A stretch of 64,000 nt of DNA, taken from Albugo candida. Its lineage: Eukaryota. This document shows, piece after piece, positions 40,849 through 53,505 of the stretch. Where the stretch lies: NCBI GenBank assembly GCA_040437565.1, contig JBDOQK010000030.1, positions 248,001 to 312,000 of the forward strand, in the 5' to 3' direction. Position numbers and translations under genes: made by a program. The notes beneath the pieces are model-generated. The model did no database searches and was not told the DNA's origin. It saw nothing but the letters and a program-made list of their open reading frames with translations. Every line of letters starts with the position of its first letter. Within the stretch, counting starts at the first letter, position 1.

Positions 40849-41277
40849 TTATAAAACAGATTGAAAGCTGATTGCTGGGTTCATTGCTGGAGACTCGAGT
40901 TCCAAAGACACGATGGTGTCCGTGTTGGCATTTGGCTGAGATTCTTCGCTAATGATAGGAATGATTTGTATCTGTGGATCTCCACCGTCAAAGTCATCAG
41001 TTTCGATGGAAAACAGCTTCGATGGAATGATAGAGCTGACATCGGTTGGCGGATGGAACACTGACGTATCGCTGTTGTCTGAGAGAAACGCGGTTGGACT
41101 TGTTTGAGGGTGTAATGGGATGACTGAAATCGCTGGCTTCATGACAGGCGATACCGATACTTGTGAGTAGTTTGGAGGTAAGGGACTTGCATTCGCACTC
41201 GCGAAACAAAAGATTCCTGCAGCCATTCGCATTGGTGAACGCATTGGCGAGCGCGAAGAGTATGTAAAAGAATGCAT
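40849..41277 (-). CDS. Hypothetical Ser/Pro-rich protein
   Basis: 142-aa ATG ORF filling the PEX3-EMG1 interval; repeated SPxMxPAIS motif. Confidence 0.4.
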   Translation of the reverse strand: MHSFTYSSRSPMRSPMRMAAGIFCFASANASPLPPNYSQVSVSPVMKPAISVIPLHPQTSPTAFLSDNSDTSVFHPPTDVSSIIPSKLFSIETDDFDGGDPQIQIIPIISEESQPNANTDTIVSLELESPAMNPAISFQSVL

Positions 41278-41424
41278 TGATGAGATTGATGGAAATAGAT
41301 GAGTGAGAGCTTTGGAGAAGCCAATGGATTAGACACAGAAGCCTACGCACACCACATAAGACGATGTTGGAATACATTGCATAAGTATTATTTATAGCTT
41401 GCTTTTCTATTTCCATTCTTTGGC

Positions 41425-42228
41425 TCAGAGAATGCCCCAATGTCTCTCAAACGCATTCAGCAGTCGAGTGATTGCCTGAGCGCCACTCAACTACAAAATT
41501 CTATTAGAAGCAGTTGAAAGCGAGAAGAAGAGTACACGTACGGGATACTCAGAGATGGAAATGATTTCATCGACATAATTGGTGTTCTCTTTCGTTATGC
41601 TGCCGTGTGCCATTGCCCCAATCACAAAAACAATCGGTTCATCGATCGGTAGCTTTTCCACGAAATCCCATGGATTTATCAAAGTTCCAGAACACGACAT
41701 TGCTACACAATGCGTTCAATCGGATTCTCTCACAAGTATCGAATTCTTACCGTATTTCTGGCAATTTGCCGGAAGATATCGCGTCACAGGATTTTTAATC
41801 ACGTTGAGAAGAGTCTGATTACCGTCTGAGGATCGTATTTTGAGCGTATGAAGCAGCTGAACTAAACACAGAGCATTCCGTCACGCCGATACAAACCGTA
41901 GAATTCGTAAATACGCACTCATAAGTCCCGCAAATCTTTTGTATGTGCGTGGAATTCGCATTTGTGAGCTCACATCGACGACAATTCCTTTGAGGGTGCG
42001 TATGTACACTTTGACAAGCCCGGCCTTATTCAAAGGCGAGTCCAATAAAGCCATAAGTTCTTGATGCAGAATATCGGGTCGAGATAGCGATGGATCCTTA
42101 TCGTACTTTTTGTGTATCCCTTTATGATCGTCACAATTCAATAATTGATACCCTTTTGCTGTTTTCACTGTCTCCAAAGACGCTTGTTCGAGCACCACAA
42201 TCACTTGTCGTCCATTATTTCCAGTCAT
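41425..42228 (-). CDS. EMG1: 18S rRNA pseudouridine methyltransferase EMG1/NEP1
   Basis: Exons 42228-41919, 41861-41751, 41702-41542, 41490-41425; RPDILHQ, LDSPLNKAG, RIPRT, IGAMAHG. Confidence 0.96.
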
Positions 42229-42397
42229 ACTTTCCACAGGATTATAGCCAATCATCATAGTGCGTACTTAACCGGGGACTCAATGTCCCTTCAAGATCGC
42301 GAAAATGGAGCCTCGAGTCTACTTCCGACATTTTGGACCGCTCCATGACGTCTACGATAGCCTCAAGCGTTCATTAGAGGCCCATGATAGTATCACC

Positions 42398-45300
42398 ATG
42401 TCGATGGCTCACAAAAAGCTCTCTGTGAAGCCGTTGATGATGCTTTCTGGGCTCCTGGGTCTCGTATCGGTGCATGGGATGGTAGCACCGGCAATGCCCA
42501 ATCCTACTCGTGAATCTTGGTGTAATAGCGTCGTCGATCCTCCATGGCCCTTTGCGTACAATGTAAGCTCCATACGGCAGGGGTCAATGACTCGATACAG
42601 CCGTGAATGCTCTGTATATGGAGTCCAAGCCGAGTGTCATCGATGTGAGTCGATTCCATGCGGTCCATCTTTGAACCAGACATGCTCCTATCAGATCCAA
42701 GGAGTTGAATGGACCAGTCTTCCTTCCAACACTCCAACAAACACAAGACAAGTGTGGGCTGTCGGTGGAGCCTTTCGGTATGACTATGCAAATGCTACTC
42801 ATTTTTGCGTCTTCTTATCGGACGGCCAATGCACTTCTCCTTACGCTGACGATTATTCTTCATGCAGCATTCGATGCTGGGGATTTCAAGCTGGCCATGC
42901 TGTACAAATGAAAGAAATCGGTGCAAAATGGGATTCATGGAGCTACCCGAAGAACAATTCCATGACACAGCCACAAGGTTCTGTAGAGACGTTCGCCGGA
43001 AGCGCTCGCGGGCACAAAGACGGTGAGGCTTTCGCTTCTCTTTTCAACAACCCAAAAGATCTCGCAGTTGACCCAAATGGAGTGATTTATATTGCGGATA
43101 CTGGAAACCATTGTATCCGTCGAATCGATCAAAGGAATCGAGTGACCACATTTGCAGGAAATCGCTCTCCGGGCTTCCGTGACGGGTCATCCAATATCGC
43201 ACAATTCAACTTTCCTTCTGGGATAGCTGTTGTGAATGAAAATGATAGCGTCAGTGTGTACGTCTCTGACACTGGAAATCATCGCATTCGGAGAATTCGA
43301 GACGGTCAAGTCACTTGTATTGCAGGTTTATGTGCATCGACTCCACATCCTGGATTCTCTGATGGAAATGCCTCTGAGTCGAGATTTGATACGCCATTGG
43401 GACTTGAAATTGGTATAAATGGAAGAATTTTCGTTGCGGATAGCGGGAACAATCTCATCCGCGTAATCGACTCAACAGGTCTGATAAGGACGTTTGCTGG
43501 TACAATAAGCACAAGTCATGAGGCAGCCATCGCCGGGTGTGTTCCGCCTTGTTTGATCGGTGTCGGAGGGTCGAAAGATGGGACTCTGACTCGAGCACAA
43601 TTCGATTCGCCACGAGATCTCGTAATCGCAAATAATAACTCGATTTTCGTCACGGAAGTAAATCGGATTCGTCAAATACGACACAATTCGCTCAAAGACA
43701 ATTCGGACGATTTCACAGGTAATGTGATGACACTTGATATCTCCCAACTGAAGAGATACGACCGTCGTATCGGCCTGACGGGAATCGCTATGGACGAAAA
43801 TCGACTGTTTGTGGTCGACTCTGTGAGGTGTAAAGTCTTTGTATTTCAAACAACTTCTCAAGTCGCCAAACCAATCAGTTGCTCTACCAAAGCGGTGCAA
43901 GTGATAGTTCCAATTGGATGTTCGTCATACGAGGTAGGGGTCGATGATCTATTCCACAGAGATTCATGTACGTTGGGTAACATCCAGTATGGCTATTTCG
44001 GTGGAAGTTGCGAGCTCACGCCTTGCGTTGGTTCATCCCAAAGGCCGCCGAATGGATTGAATGCATCCAAAGTAGCAATCAAACTTCAATGTCCGGCTAA
44101 TTGCACCACATTCAGTGGGGAAAAAGTATTTGGATCTCACGTGTACGGTGATGAGTCTTCCATTTGTCTCGCTGCAATTCACAACAGCACCATCACTGAC
44201 GCTGGCGGTTTTCTCACGATTCTTATCCAGGAGAAAGATGAGATTGATTCGGAAGCTTTTCAAGGGTCCATATCCAATAGCATTGAGTCACTGAACATGG
44301 AATCTTTTGGAGAAGAATTTGGTTATCGAACATTTTATTTCCTCAATTCTTCGGAGGAATCCCTGCAAGCGCATACGATCGCAGGAGCGGCCTCTGCTCC
44401 ACTTTCCACAAGTTGTGGCTTCCAAGACAGTACACCACCCCAAGACGCTCAATTTCAATCACCAAATGGACTCGCATTTCAACGTGTAGCCACTAACGAT
44501 AAGAATCCAATATTGCTGATGGCAGACTCTGGAAATCATCGAATTCGAAAGATAACCGCTTCATGCTCGAAGATATGTGAAAATGGCGGTAATTGCGCAG
44601 ATTTTGAGACGTGTGCGTGCACAACCGGCTGGAAGGGCGATGATTGCACCATTCCGGAATGTGATGCGTCTTCTGAATGTTTCAAACGACACGGTAGACA
44701 GATATGTGTCGGTCCCAATCTATGTGCTTGTATCCCGGGGTACACGGATCCTCCCACTTGCACGACGCCATTATGCGTCCAACATTGCGCCAATGGAGCA
44801 AAATGTGTCGCACCCGATACATGCGCTTGCGTTGAGGGATGGTACGATGCAAATTGCACGACGCCCGTGTGCGCTCAGACATGTGGAAATGGAGGGAATT
44901 GCACTAGTCCAAACACTTGTACGTGTCCAGAAGAATGGAAAGGTGTGGATTGTCGGGTGCCAGTTTGTACGCAAAAATGCGTCAATGGAGGCTCATGTAT
45001 CGCCCCAAATACTTGCCAATGTGGAGCTAATTGGAGTGGATACGACTGTTCTGTACCAATGTGCTCGCAAGGCTTCTTTGTGGATGAATCGAAAGTAACA
45101 TTACCCAATGATTTCGTGCATTATGTTCCGTGTCAATTTGATCAATTCTGTCGGTCCGTAAACGAATTCGATTGTGAGAATCAGTTGCAAAGCGGTCAGA
45201 GTCGGACAGCTGACATTCCATTCGGACCTCTTGCACGTCGTATCACCGGCCGAAGTGAAGATCCAAAACGTAATGTTTCTGGGAATGCCAGTGGTGACGG

Positions 45301-48300
45301 TCGAATTGGTACATATCTCTCAAGTGATTCTTCAGAAACCACCCCTTTGGGCTGTCTTTTGATCGAATTGGGGACAAATGCTATCACACATTTTCCATAT
45401 CTGACGGAGCAGACAGACAGTCTTCCAACTTTATCTTTTTATCGCTTCTCACCATTGGCGCCATTTAACTCTACGACTCCCTTTAGAAATAACAACCGGT
45501 CTATTTCGATCCATCCTGATCGCCAGCTGGCCATAGTAGAAGCACGAACTCTTGTTCCCGGAAGGTATGCGTGCGCTAATGGTGGGACTTGTATCGCTCC
45601 GAACGTATGTCAATGTGCAAAAGGATGGATTGGATTTGACTGTCGAACCCCAATATGCTCGCAAGGGTACTATGCTCCCACACCGGAATCACTCGACGGT
45701 GTATCAACCTCCACGCTGAATGAAACGATCGAGACGATCTTTTATGATCATGTACACACCGAAATTGCTGTGCAAAGCAGAGCTCATTATGATGGGAGCT
45801 ACACTTGCTCCATGCGATCCATTACGCAGTGGGAAAGACCCACAATGTCGTATCCGACTATTTCCAACGAATTCTACTTCGACCATCCCAATTACGTCTC
45901 TGCGTACATGAATTCTCTCGACGGAACCGATGAAGAGAATGCATCGACATGGAATGTCATGGATTGGCCTCCATTATACCAATTTATAAGCCCAGCGCTC
46001 GACAATACTAAAGAAGGATGGAGACGAGGTGGATATTGGGAGTACGTTCCGGGTACGCACTGGAAGAAAGGATTTTGCCGCATTCAGTTTCGTCGAATGT
46101 GTAGTCATAATGCGTCGTTTTTAGATCTCATTTCTTTGCAGCGGGGAATGCCGGTCGAGGATACCGATGCGTCTTTCCGAGCGAGAACCACGTATTCCAT
46201 CCACAATATCGATCGAATAAATTACTGGAGTCCATCGGTGTACGGAGAATGCACCGACATTGTGCTTGGCGGCTGCTACAATAACGGATCGTGTGTTGCC
46301 CCTGACGTATGTGTATGCGAAGCGGGTTGGAAGGGAAGTAATTGCACTGTTCCAATTTGCGACCAAACATGCTTTCATGGTGGAAACTGTACCCTACCAA
46401 ATCGTTGTACCTGCGAAATTGGTTGGACAGGCTCGGATTGTTCGATACCGCTGTGTGCGCAAGAGTGTCGGAATGGCGGTTTTTGCATAGCTCCAGACAC
46501 ATGTGCATGCGTACAATGGCCATCGACTTGGACAAATGGAAAAGGTCAGCCACTATTCCAACTTCCAAGCGGAACGCCGATGCTCACAGGATTCACAGGA
46601 TACGACTGCAATAATCCAGTATGTGTTCAAGCCGAAACATTTTTGCTCAATTCAGACGGGAGCGATGGAAGGGTTCTCTCGTTAGGAGGGCATGGTAGAT
46701 ACGGTAATCTTTCTTGTACGACACATCGGTGTCCACAATACAACGAGGAAGTTGTCAAGAATGATGGTTTTTCCTTTCAATCGGGTTGCTACAATGGGAA
46801 TCCGTTCCCAAATCCTGCGAGTCAATTCCCACCATCCAAACAACTGGAATTGATACGTAATTATAAAGACCATGAAAATAGAGGAAGGATCTCGGATGCA
46901 CTTTGTGGGAATTTGAAATGGGAACAAGGAGAGTATCCATCGAATCGGACCCTGCGAACTAATTACGTCAACATCACCCGTATCAATGGCACTTTGATGC
47001 ATGGANNNNNNNNNNNNNNNNNNNNNNNNNNNNNNNNNNNNNNNNNNNNNNNNNNNNNNNNNNNNNNNNNNNNNNNNNNNNNNNNNNNNNNNNNNNNNNN
47101 NNNNNGTTGTCAAGAATGATGGTTTTTCCTTTCAATCGGGTTGCTACAATGGGAATCCGTTCCCAAATCCTGCGAGTCAATTCCCACCATCCAAACAACT
47201 GGAATTGATACGTAATTATAAAGACCATGAAAATAGAGGAAGGATCTCGGATGCACTTTGTGGGAATTTGAAATGGGAACAAGGAGAGTATCCATCGAAT
47301 CGGACCCTGCGAACTAATTACGTCAACATCACCCGTATCAATGGCACTTTGATGCATGGAAGTGTCACGTCTGGCGAAGGAATCTACATGTGTCACCATC
47401 GTGGAACTTGTATCAGACCAGATACATGTACTTGCACAGACGGATACAGCGGGTTTGACTGCACTACACCCTTGTGCCGATTCCTGGATGCCAATGGCAA
47501 AGTCTTAATGGGATGTCGTAATAACGGAATTTGTGTCGGAAAAGATACGTGTCACTGCGTCCAAGTTGAATCGTTGCTACATGAGACCAATCCGACAGCT
47601 CCATTGGGCGTAACGGGGTATTTTGGACCAGACTGTGGGATCCCTATATGCATCCAAGGTGAATTTGATCCGTCATGCGACCATGATGGATGCTATCGCT
47701 GCCCAAATGGAGGTCGATGCATCGCTCCTGACGTATGTAAATGTTCTCCAGGATGGAAAGGCTTTGATTGTACGATACCAATATGCACTGCGTCCATAAC
47801 CGATACGATTCAGGACGAATTGGTTACAGTTGATGCACGCAAAATGACTGATTTCATCAATGACCCATGTGGTACAAATGGCGGACGTTGGGGGAAAACG
47901 ATGTTTAATGGTGCACTCGTCGGCCAAGGAAATTGCACTTTACCATCTAAATGCACATGTTTGTGTCGGAAGCGATTCGATAAGGCTGCGTGCAAATCGA
48001 CCGGTGAGAATTGTGAGAAACCTTGGAGAGATCCATTCCATCGAACGCTTCCACCGGGTTTTATATACGGAACCAAAGACTGTGCGGATGGATTTCAGGG
48101 CATGGAAGATACACAAGGTCATTTCTCAAGCTGTCATTTACGTATTTTCGTTCCATCTTTCTTCTTGCGCTATACCGTTGTCTTTGTCGGTGTTGTGGCC
48201 GTTTCCTGTGTCTGTGCTATCGTATTATGGTACTATTTAAACAAAAAAATACGCCGTCGAGAATTAGTTATAAAGGCAAAACGACGAAAATCTCGCCGAA

Positions 48301-48350
48301 ATGTGCGATTACATTCGGAAAGCTATACAAATGATAACAAAACAGAGTGA
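42398..48350 (+). CDS. Giant type I membrane protein: signal peptide, NHL repeats, LCCL domain, many EGF-like repeats, C-terminal TM
   Basis: Intronless ~1865 aa after collapsing the 255-bp gap duplication (46751-47005 = 47106-47360); NHL (IADTGNHCIRRI), LCCL (CPANC...YGDESSICLAAIH), CxNGGxCxxPxxCxC repeats, TM followed by basic tail; upstream in-frame ATG at 42305. Confidence 0.88.
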
Positions 48351-48503
48351 TTTTATGTTTCCGATCAAATAAAAAAGCGATGATTTAAATAGTTTTCCAC
48401 GTTTCTGTGAAAACAGTAGTGATACAGCTCGCATGATATGTTTTACAGGAAGATCCTCCAGCAGCTTCTCGAAGGCATTTTGATTCGGTTGAAGTTTGAA
48501 TGC

Positions 48504-49515
48504 ATGTTTCCTTTCTTTTTGATTGCAGTAAGAAAAAAGCATAATTTAGCCAATCGTAGTCTCCCGATCTTTTCAGTATATATAGCCAATACACGATATT
48601 TTTAGCCATTGCAGCATTTATTTAACGAATCAGCTCACTGTGAGTTTTGCGAGTGTTGGTCATTCCTTCGAAAAGTATCAAAAAAGTCAACTTGCGCGCG
48701 CAATGAATTTCCTTTTGCGATTTGTTTCCATAATAGAAACAGTCGCCAAAGTAGAAAGAGAGCACGTTTACGATCCGAATATTTATCCCCTGCAACGCGT
48801 CCCGCATAGAGACATATCGGAAAGGTATTTTAATGCGATATACCCAGTCGAGGTAGTTGCGCCAAGCGGATCGAACGGCGAAAAGAAAGATTTTGATTTG
48901 TATATATTTTCTCAAAGCTGGCAGCCAGAATTCTGCGCGGGTTTCCAAACGGTGTATCCCGGCTGTCACGACCCACAGCCTTACTGGAAAACGCATATGA
49001 CACTACATGGACTCTGGCCCGAGTATCAAAACGGAGGCTACCCGCAATTCTGCACCACCGAACCGCTCGATGCCGATTTAATTGAAAAAGCCATTGGATT
49101 TGATACATTGGTCAAATACTGGCCAGATGTGAAAATAGCAGAATCTGCGCATTCTTATCCGCAATTCTGGCAACATGAATGGTCCAAACATGGAACGTGC
49201 TCAAATCTCAATCAAACTGCGTATTTCCAAGAAAGTATCGATCTTCTCAAGCTGAATGTGTCCATGACACCCGCAGTGATTCAGCAGCACGTCGGTAAGC
49301 ATCTCAATACCACAACTGCTCGAGCTGCTTACAGTCAAACGGGTGCGATGGATGACGTTGCTTTACAATGTCGCGGTGAAGCTTTATCTGAAATTCATAT
49401 GTGTTGGGCAAAAGATGAGCAGCATCGCCCAAAAAAGCGTATTGTCTGCCCAACGCACGTTCTGAAACGAGATACGTGTCGCTCAAAATTTGTGTTTATT
49501 CGTGCGTTTGCGTAG
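48504..49515 (+). CDS. RNASET2: Secreted ribonuclease T2
   Basis: Exons 48504-48527, 48634-49515; CAS I TLHGLWP and CAS II FWQHEWSKHGTC; signal peptide MFPFFLIA|LTVSFASVG. Confidence 0.93.
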
Positions 49516-49709
49516 TCGTAAGTGGTTCATGTCATCTCATCGTCATAATGAGAACAACCATTGCATTTCAGATATTCCGTATCGGACGAGCTCTAATACT
49601 GGACCCCTTNNNNNNNNNNNNNNNNNNNNNNNNNNNNNNNNNNNNNNNNNNNNNNNNNNNNNNNNNNNNNNNNNNNNNNNNNNNNNNNNNNNNNNNNNNN
49701 NNNNNNNNN

Positions 49710-49905
49710 GATGAGCAGCATCGCCCAAAAAAGCGTATTGTCTGCCCAACGCACGTTCTGAAACGAGATACGTGTCGCTCAAAATTTGTGTTTATTCGTG
49801 CGTTTGCGTAGTCGTAAGTGGTTCATGTCATCTCATCGTCATAATGAGAACAACCATTGCATTTCAGATATTCCGTATCGGACGAGCTCTAATACTGGAC
49901 CCCTT
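49710..49905. repeat. 196-bp duplication of 49414-49609 across N-gap (artefact)
   Basis: Same sequence either side of gap 49610-49709. Confidence 0.85.
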
Positions 49906-49979
49906 ATTCGAGTCTAAAGTCACGCTGCTGCTACAGCCAAAGTCGTGCTGTTTGAACTCGCGTTTGATCCATGAAGTGA

Positions 49980-52589
49980 TTATACGGAACTATGTGATGA
50001 ACTGGACGCATCGTATGATGTCGAGTAGGACGGCGGGTACGCGCTGTACCCCGGAAACTGATTGCGTTGCTGCTGACGAAATGGATCGTTGGGATCACCA
50101 AACAGATTGTAAGCGGAAGAGGCTTGAGAGTTCCATTGGGGAGGCGATTGTGCAACGCTGCTAGAGTGTTGCTGACTCGCGGTCGAAGCTGCCAACTCCA
50201 GCGCCATTGCCTCATCTCGAGCAATCTGATCTTGCTCATCTCTTTGTACGCTCATTCTGTTTAGCTGATCTGCGAATTCAGCATCTTTTTGCAGCATCTG
50301 ATTGTGTCGAATGTGGACTTGAAGATCTTTTCTTTCCAAATCACGAGCCTCACAATGATCTTGAATCATTTGAATCAGCTCATTGATACGCGATAACAAT
50401 TTCTGATAGAACGTTTCGCCCTCTCTGATATGAGACGCAAGCTGATCAAACAATTCGATCCCGTCATTCAAAATTTGCATGAAAGCCTGTGTCTCCTCAA
50501 CCGCAACATTTTTCGATTTTTTCTGTTGGAATTCCTCATTCAAGCATTTGATCTTTTCAATGAGTTCTTTCTCCCTCTGTTTGCAGCTTTGGATCGGAGT
50601 CACGAAGAATTGGTGGAAATGCATCAATTCGCTCTCTTTCACCGTCGCGATCGTTTCGACTGTCAATTTTGCAAAAATGTCAACATTCTCCAAAGCTTTT
50701 CCAAATTGATCCTTCAAGCTGTCTTTCTCATCCATCAGCCGATTCAAATCAATCAAAAGTGTCGACAATTGGTTCACTACTGATTCACAATCCGAATCGT
50801 CAGACACTTCACGTTGTATCACTTCCAGTTCTGCGTCAAGAGCGGCTTTGGGCAGCTTCAATCGCTCCAAACATTTCAAACTGGCGTCCAGTTTATTCTT
50901 TACCAAATGATCGGAATTGCCACCCTCATCAACAAGCCGGGAAAAGCGTGTGATTTCATCTTGGAGCGGTTTGTTCAGTTCTCGTGATGTTGGTCTTGTC
51001 CAAATGATTGCACCGTAATTCAATCGACACGTATTATCATCGGAATCTTCCTGACAAAGACGCATTTCTGCTTGCTTGAGCTTATTTTGGGCTTCTTGCA
51101 GCATTTTGGTGTTTCGTTGCAGTCGATCTTTGAAAAACTCGCATGGCGAATGAAACGACTGAATTGTATGCTGAATTTGCGAGATTTTCCGCCACAGTCC
51201 ATTGGGAAGACCACACGTTTGTCGACTCTGGAAAGCTTCTATGGACGCAGGGAGACCCATCACACTCAATTCTTGCCTGGTCGTAGCTGTCCAATTGTTC
51301 ACAGCTTCAAATGTGGTTTTCATCAAATGTTGCAGCTCATTTCTTATCTCCAATTCTCCATCCAATAGCTCTTTCGATACAAAAACTGAAAACAGATCGT
51401 TCCATCCTTTTTGCAACTCTACCAAGTCTCCATTCTCATTTACGTAGCGAGTATCTTTCATATGCTCCTCATCCACGGAAATGGACTTGACCATCGACAC
51501 TTTGCCAACTGGACCGAGTTCTGAGGCTGAAGGGATTCTTTCCAAGTAGACATTTGCATTGTCTTTTTCTGCCGAGTGTATAGCGTCGTGAATGGCGCTG
51601 ACGAGTGATTTCAACGGCTGATAGATTCCAGAAGGCAATCGAGTCTGTTCTGCGTGTGCTACCGCCTCTTTACCAAACTGAGACGCCAACTTTAACCTTG
51701 TAATCTCCTCGCCGTACCCAACACCCATTTTCAATGCACTCTGTTTAATTGCTCTACTGTGCCAATACTGCGTCGCTGACTTCATCGTAAGCACTTGATA
51801 CTGGAGGTAACTCATCCAAATTCGATCAAGTTTTCCCGTCAAATGTGAACTTTGTGAAAATCCCAATGCTTTCTCATGAAATTCGGCGCTCTGATGGGCG
51901 AGTTTTGCTTTAATGGAATCTGAAAGTGCGTCTTTGATCGCTTTCTCATAGTAACAGGTCTGAGCCTGCGCAAGCATCAATTGGTGTAAAAGCCCCAATG
52001 ATTCAAAGGTGCAATCTGTAGTCAGCGTGAACGATACTTTCGGAAGGAATTGTTCTTTAATGTGTGAGAAACATCCAGCGGCCGCTGTAAAATGATAACA
52101 AGCTTGTTTCAATCCTATGGAGGTCGATCGGTCCGCCTTGACGCCTAATTGAGAGTCCAAGGCGCCAATATTGAACAATACGGCTATTCTCTCATATATA
52201 AATCCGTTCGTATCGCGTTCGGAAGCTTTCACTCGCGGCATAAAAGAATCAAACCACGTGAATATGAATGCATTTAGAGAGACGGGAGGGTCTGTAAATG
52301 AGAGAAAACGACGGGAGAAAGAACTTAATTGGAGGTAGTAATCGATTAAGTGTCGTTTCATTGAGATTGTAGCAATTTCTGTGGTATCGACTTTATGTTT
52401 CAACGAAATGAATCGCTCGATTGCGGAACTTTGTGCGGGCGATAGAGAGCGTGAGAGAAGATTTACGTCATTGGATTTTTGGGAAGGTGGAGGTCGTGCG
52501 CCGTATTGTGGAGCGAGAAAGTTGATTAAGGGTTGTTTGAGCTGTGTGTCGATGGAACAACCGCTTCGTTTATGGTTCACTGCGAGCAT
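49980..52589 (-). CDS. BRO1: BRO1/ALIX-family ESCRT accessory protein
   Basis: FTWFDSF, YERIAVLFNIGAL, MLAQAQ, KDNANVY, V domain (EGETFY), Pro-rich tail. Confidence 0.93.
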   Translation of the reverse strand: MLAVNHKRSGCSIDTQLKQPLINFLAPQYGARPPPSQKSNDVNLLSRSLSPAQSSAIERFISLKHKVDTTEIATISMKRHLIDYYLQLSSFSRRFLSFTDPPVSLNAFIFTWFDSFMPRVKASERDTNGFIYERIAVLFNIGALDSQLGVKADRSTSIGLKQACYHFTAAAGCFSHIKEQFLPKVSFTLTTDCTFESLGLLHQLMLAQAQTCYYEKAIKDALSDSIKAKLAHQSAEFHEKALGFSQSSHLTGKLDRIWMSYLQYQVLTMKSATQYWHSRAIKQSALKMGVGYGEEITRLKLASQFGKEAVAHAEQTRLPSGIYQPLKSLVSAIHDAIHSAEKDNANVYLERIPSASELGPVGKVSMVKSISVDEEHMKDTRYVNENGDLVELQKGWNDLFSVFVSKELLDGELEIRNELQHLMKTTFEAVNNWTATTRQELSVMGLPASIEAFQSRQTCGLPNGLWRKISQIQHTIQSFHSPCEFFKDRLQRNTKMLQEAQNKLKQAEMRLCQEDSDDNTCRLNYGAIIWTRPTSRELNKPLQDEITRFSRLVDEGGNSDHLVKNKLDASLKCLERLKLPKAALDAELEVIQREVSDDSDCESVVNQLSTLLIDLNRLMDEKDSLKDQFGKALENVDIFAKLTVETIATVKESELMHFHQFFVTPIQSCKQREKELIEKIKCLNEEFQQKKSKNVAVEETQAFMQILNDGIELFDQLASHIREGETFYQKLLSRINELIQMIQDHCEARDLERKDLQVHIRHNQMLQKDAEFADQLNRMSVQRDEQDQIARDEAMALELAASTASQQHSSSVAQSPPQWNSQASSAYNLFGDPNDPFRQQQRNQFPGYSAYPPSYSTSYDASSSSHSSV

Positions 52590-52805
52590 TTTCGTATTTC
52601 TTTGGAGAAGAGAGGTACAGTACCCTACCGATTAGAACGCTGAAGGTAGAGCTATTCGAAGTATTTGCGAGAGATGTCAAGCAGTTGACTATCGCACTTA
52701 CTAATAGATCCCGTACGTAAGATGTTACGGCGTTGTTCGAAACTATTCCACAACAAATCTTCCATTTCATCGACGCACAAGTGCTTTGTGACTGAAACTC
52801 GGTAC

Positions 52806-53488
52806 ATGTCTAGCGCAGAAAAAGAACAACCAACAGCTCTGATACCAGTGGTATGTATCTAACAACCTGGTTATCGCTGAAATTAATGTTGAGGGCAGGC
52901 GGATGGGACAGAAGAGATCGAAGCCATCACACTTGCGGACGTGTTGACGAGAGGAAACGTAAAAGTCACAATAGCAAGTGTTGGTAAAAACGAAGAAAAT
53001 ATCGTCCATATGTCGAGAGGCGTTAAAGTACAAGCAGATTTGGCCATCGAAGCGTGTGTGGATCTTCAGTTTGATCTTATTGTTCTGCCAGGAGTACGTC
53101 TCACCCATATCACACAAAAAAGATTTTAATGAACATGTAGGGCCTTCCCGGAGCAAACCATTTACGAGATTGCTCTCTATTGACGAAATTACTGAAACAG
53201 CAAAAACACGAGGGGAAATGGTACGGAGCAATATGCGCTTCACCGGCTGTGGTCTTCTCGGTACACGATTTACTACCAATCAAAGCAACCGGATACCCTG
53301 GTTTTGAAAAAGAGTTTGGAAAATGTGAATTGGTGAATCAGCGTGTCGTTGTGTCAGAAAATTGCATAACTAGCCAAGGACCTGCAACAGCGATGGAAAT
53401 GGGTGTGAAGCTCGTAGAGCTTTTGTGTGGAGAGGAAAAAGCTGCCGAAGTTGCGAAAGGTCTTTTATTCAGCACAAAAAACGGATAA
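52806..53488 (+). CDS. PARK7: DJ-1/PfpI family protein
   Basis: Exons 52806-52850, 52899-53093, 53141-53488; ADGTEEIEA, LPGGLPGA, AICASP, TSQGPAT. Confidence 0.93.
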
Positions 53489-53505
53489 AATAATATTAAA
53501 GAATT

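Noticed and set aside
49710-49811. Second RNase T2 C-terminus / tandem paralogue
   Set aside because: Gap-flanking duplicate
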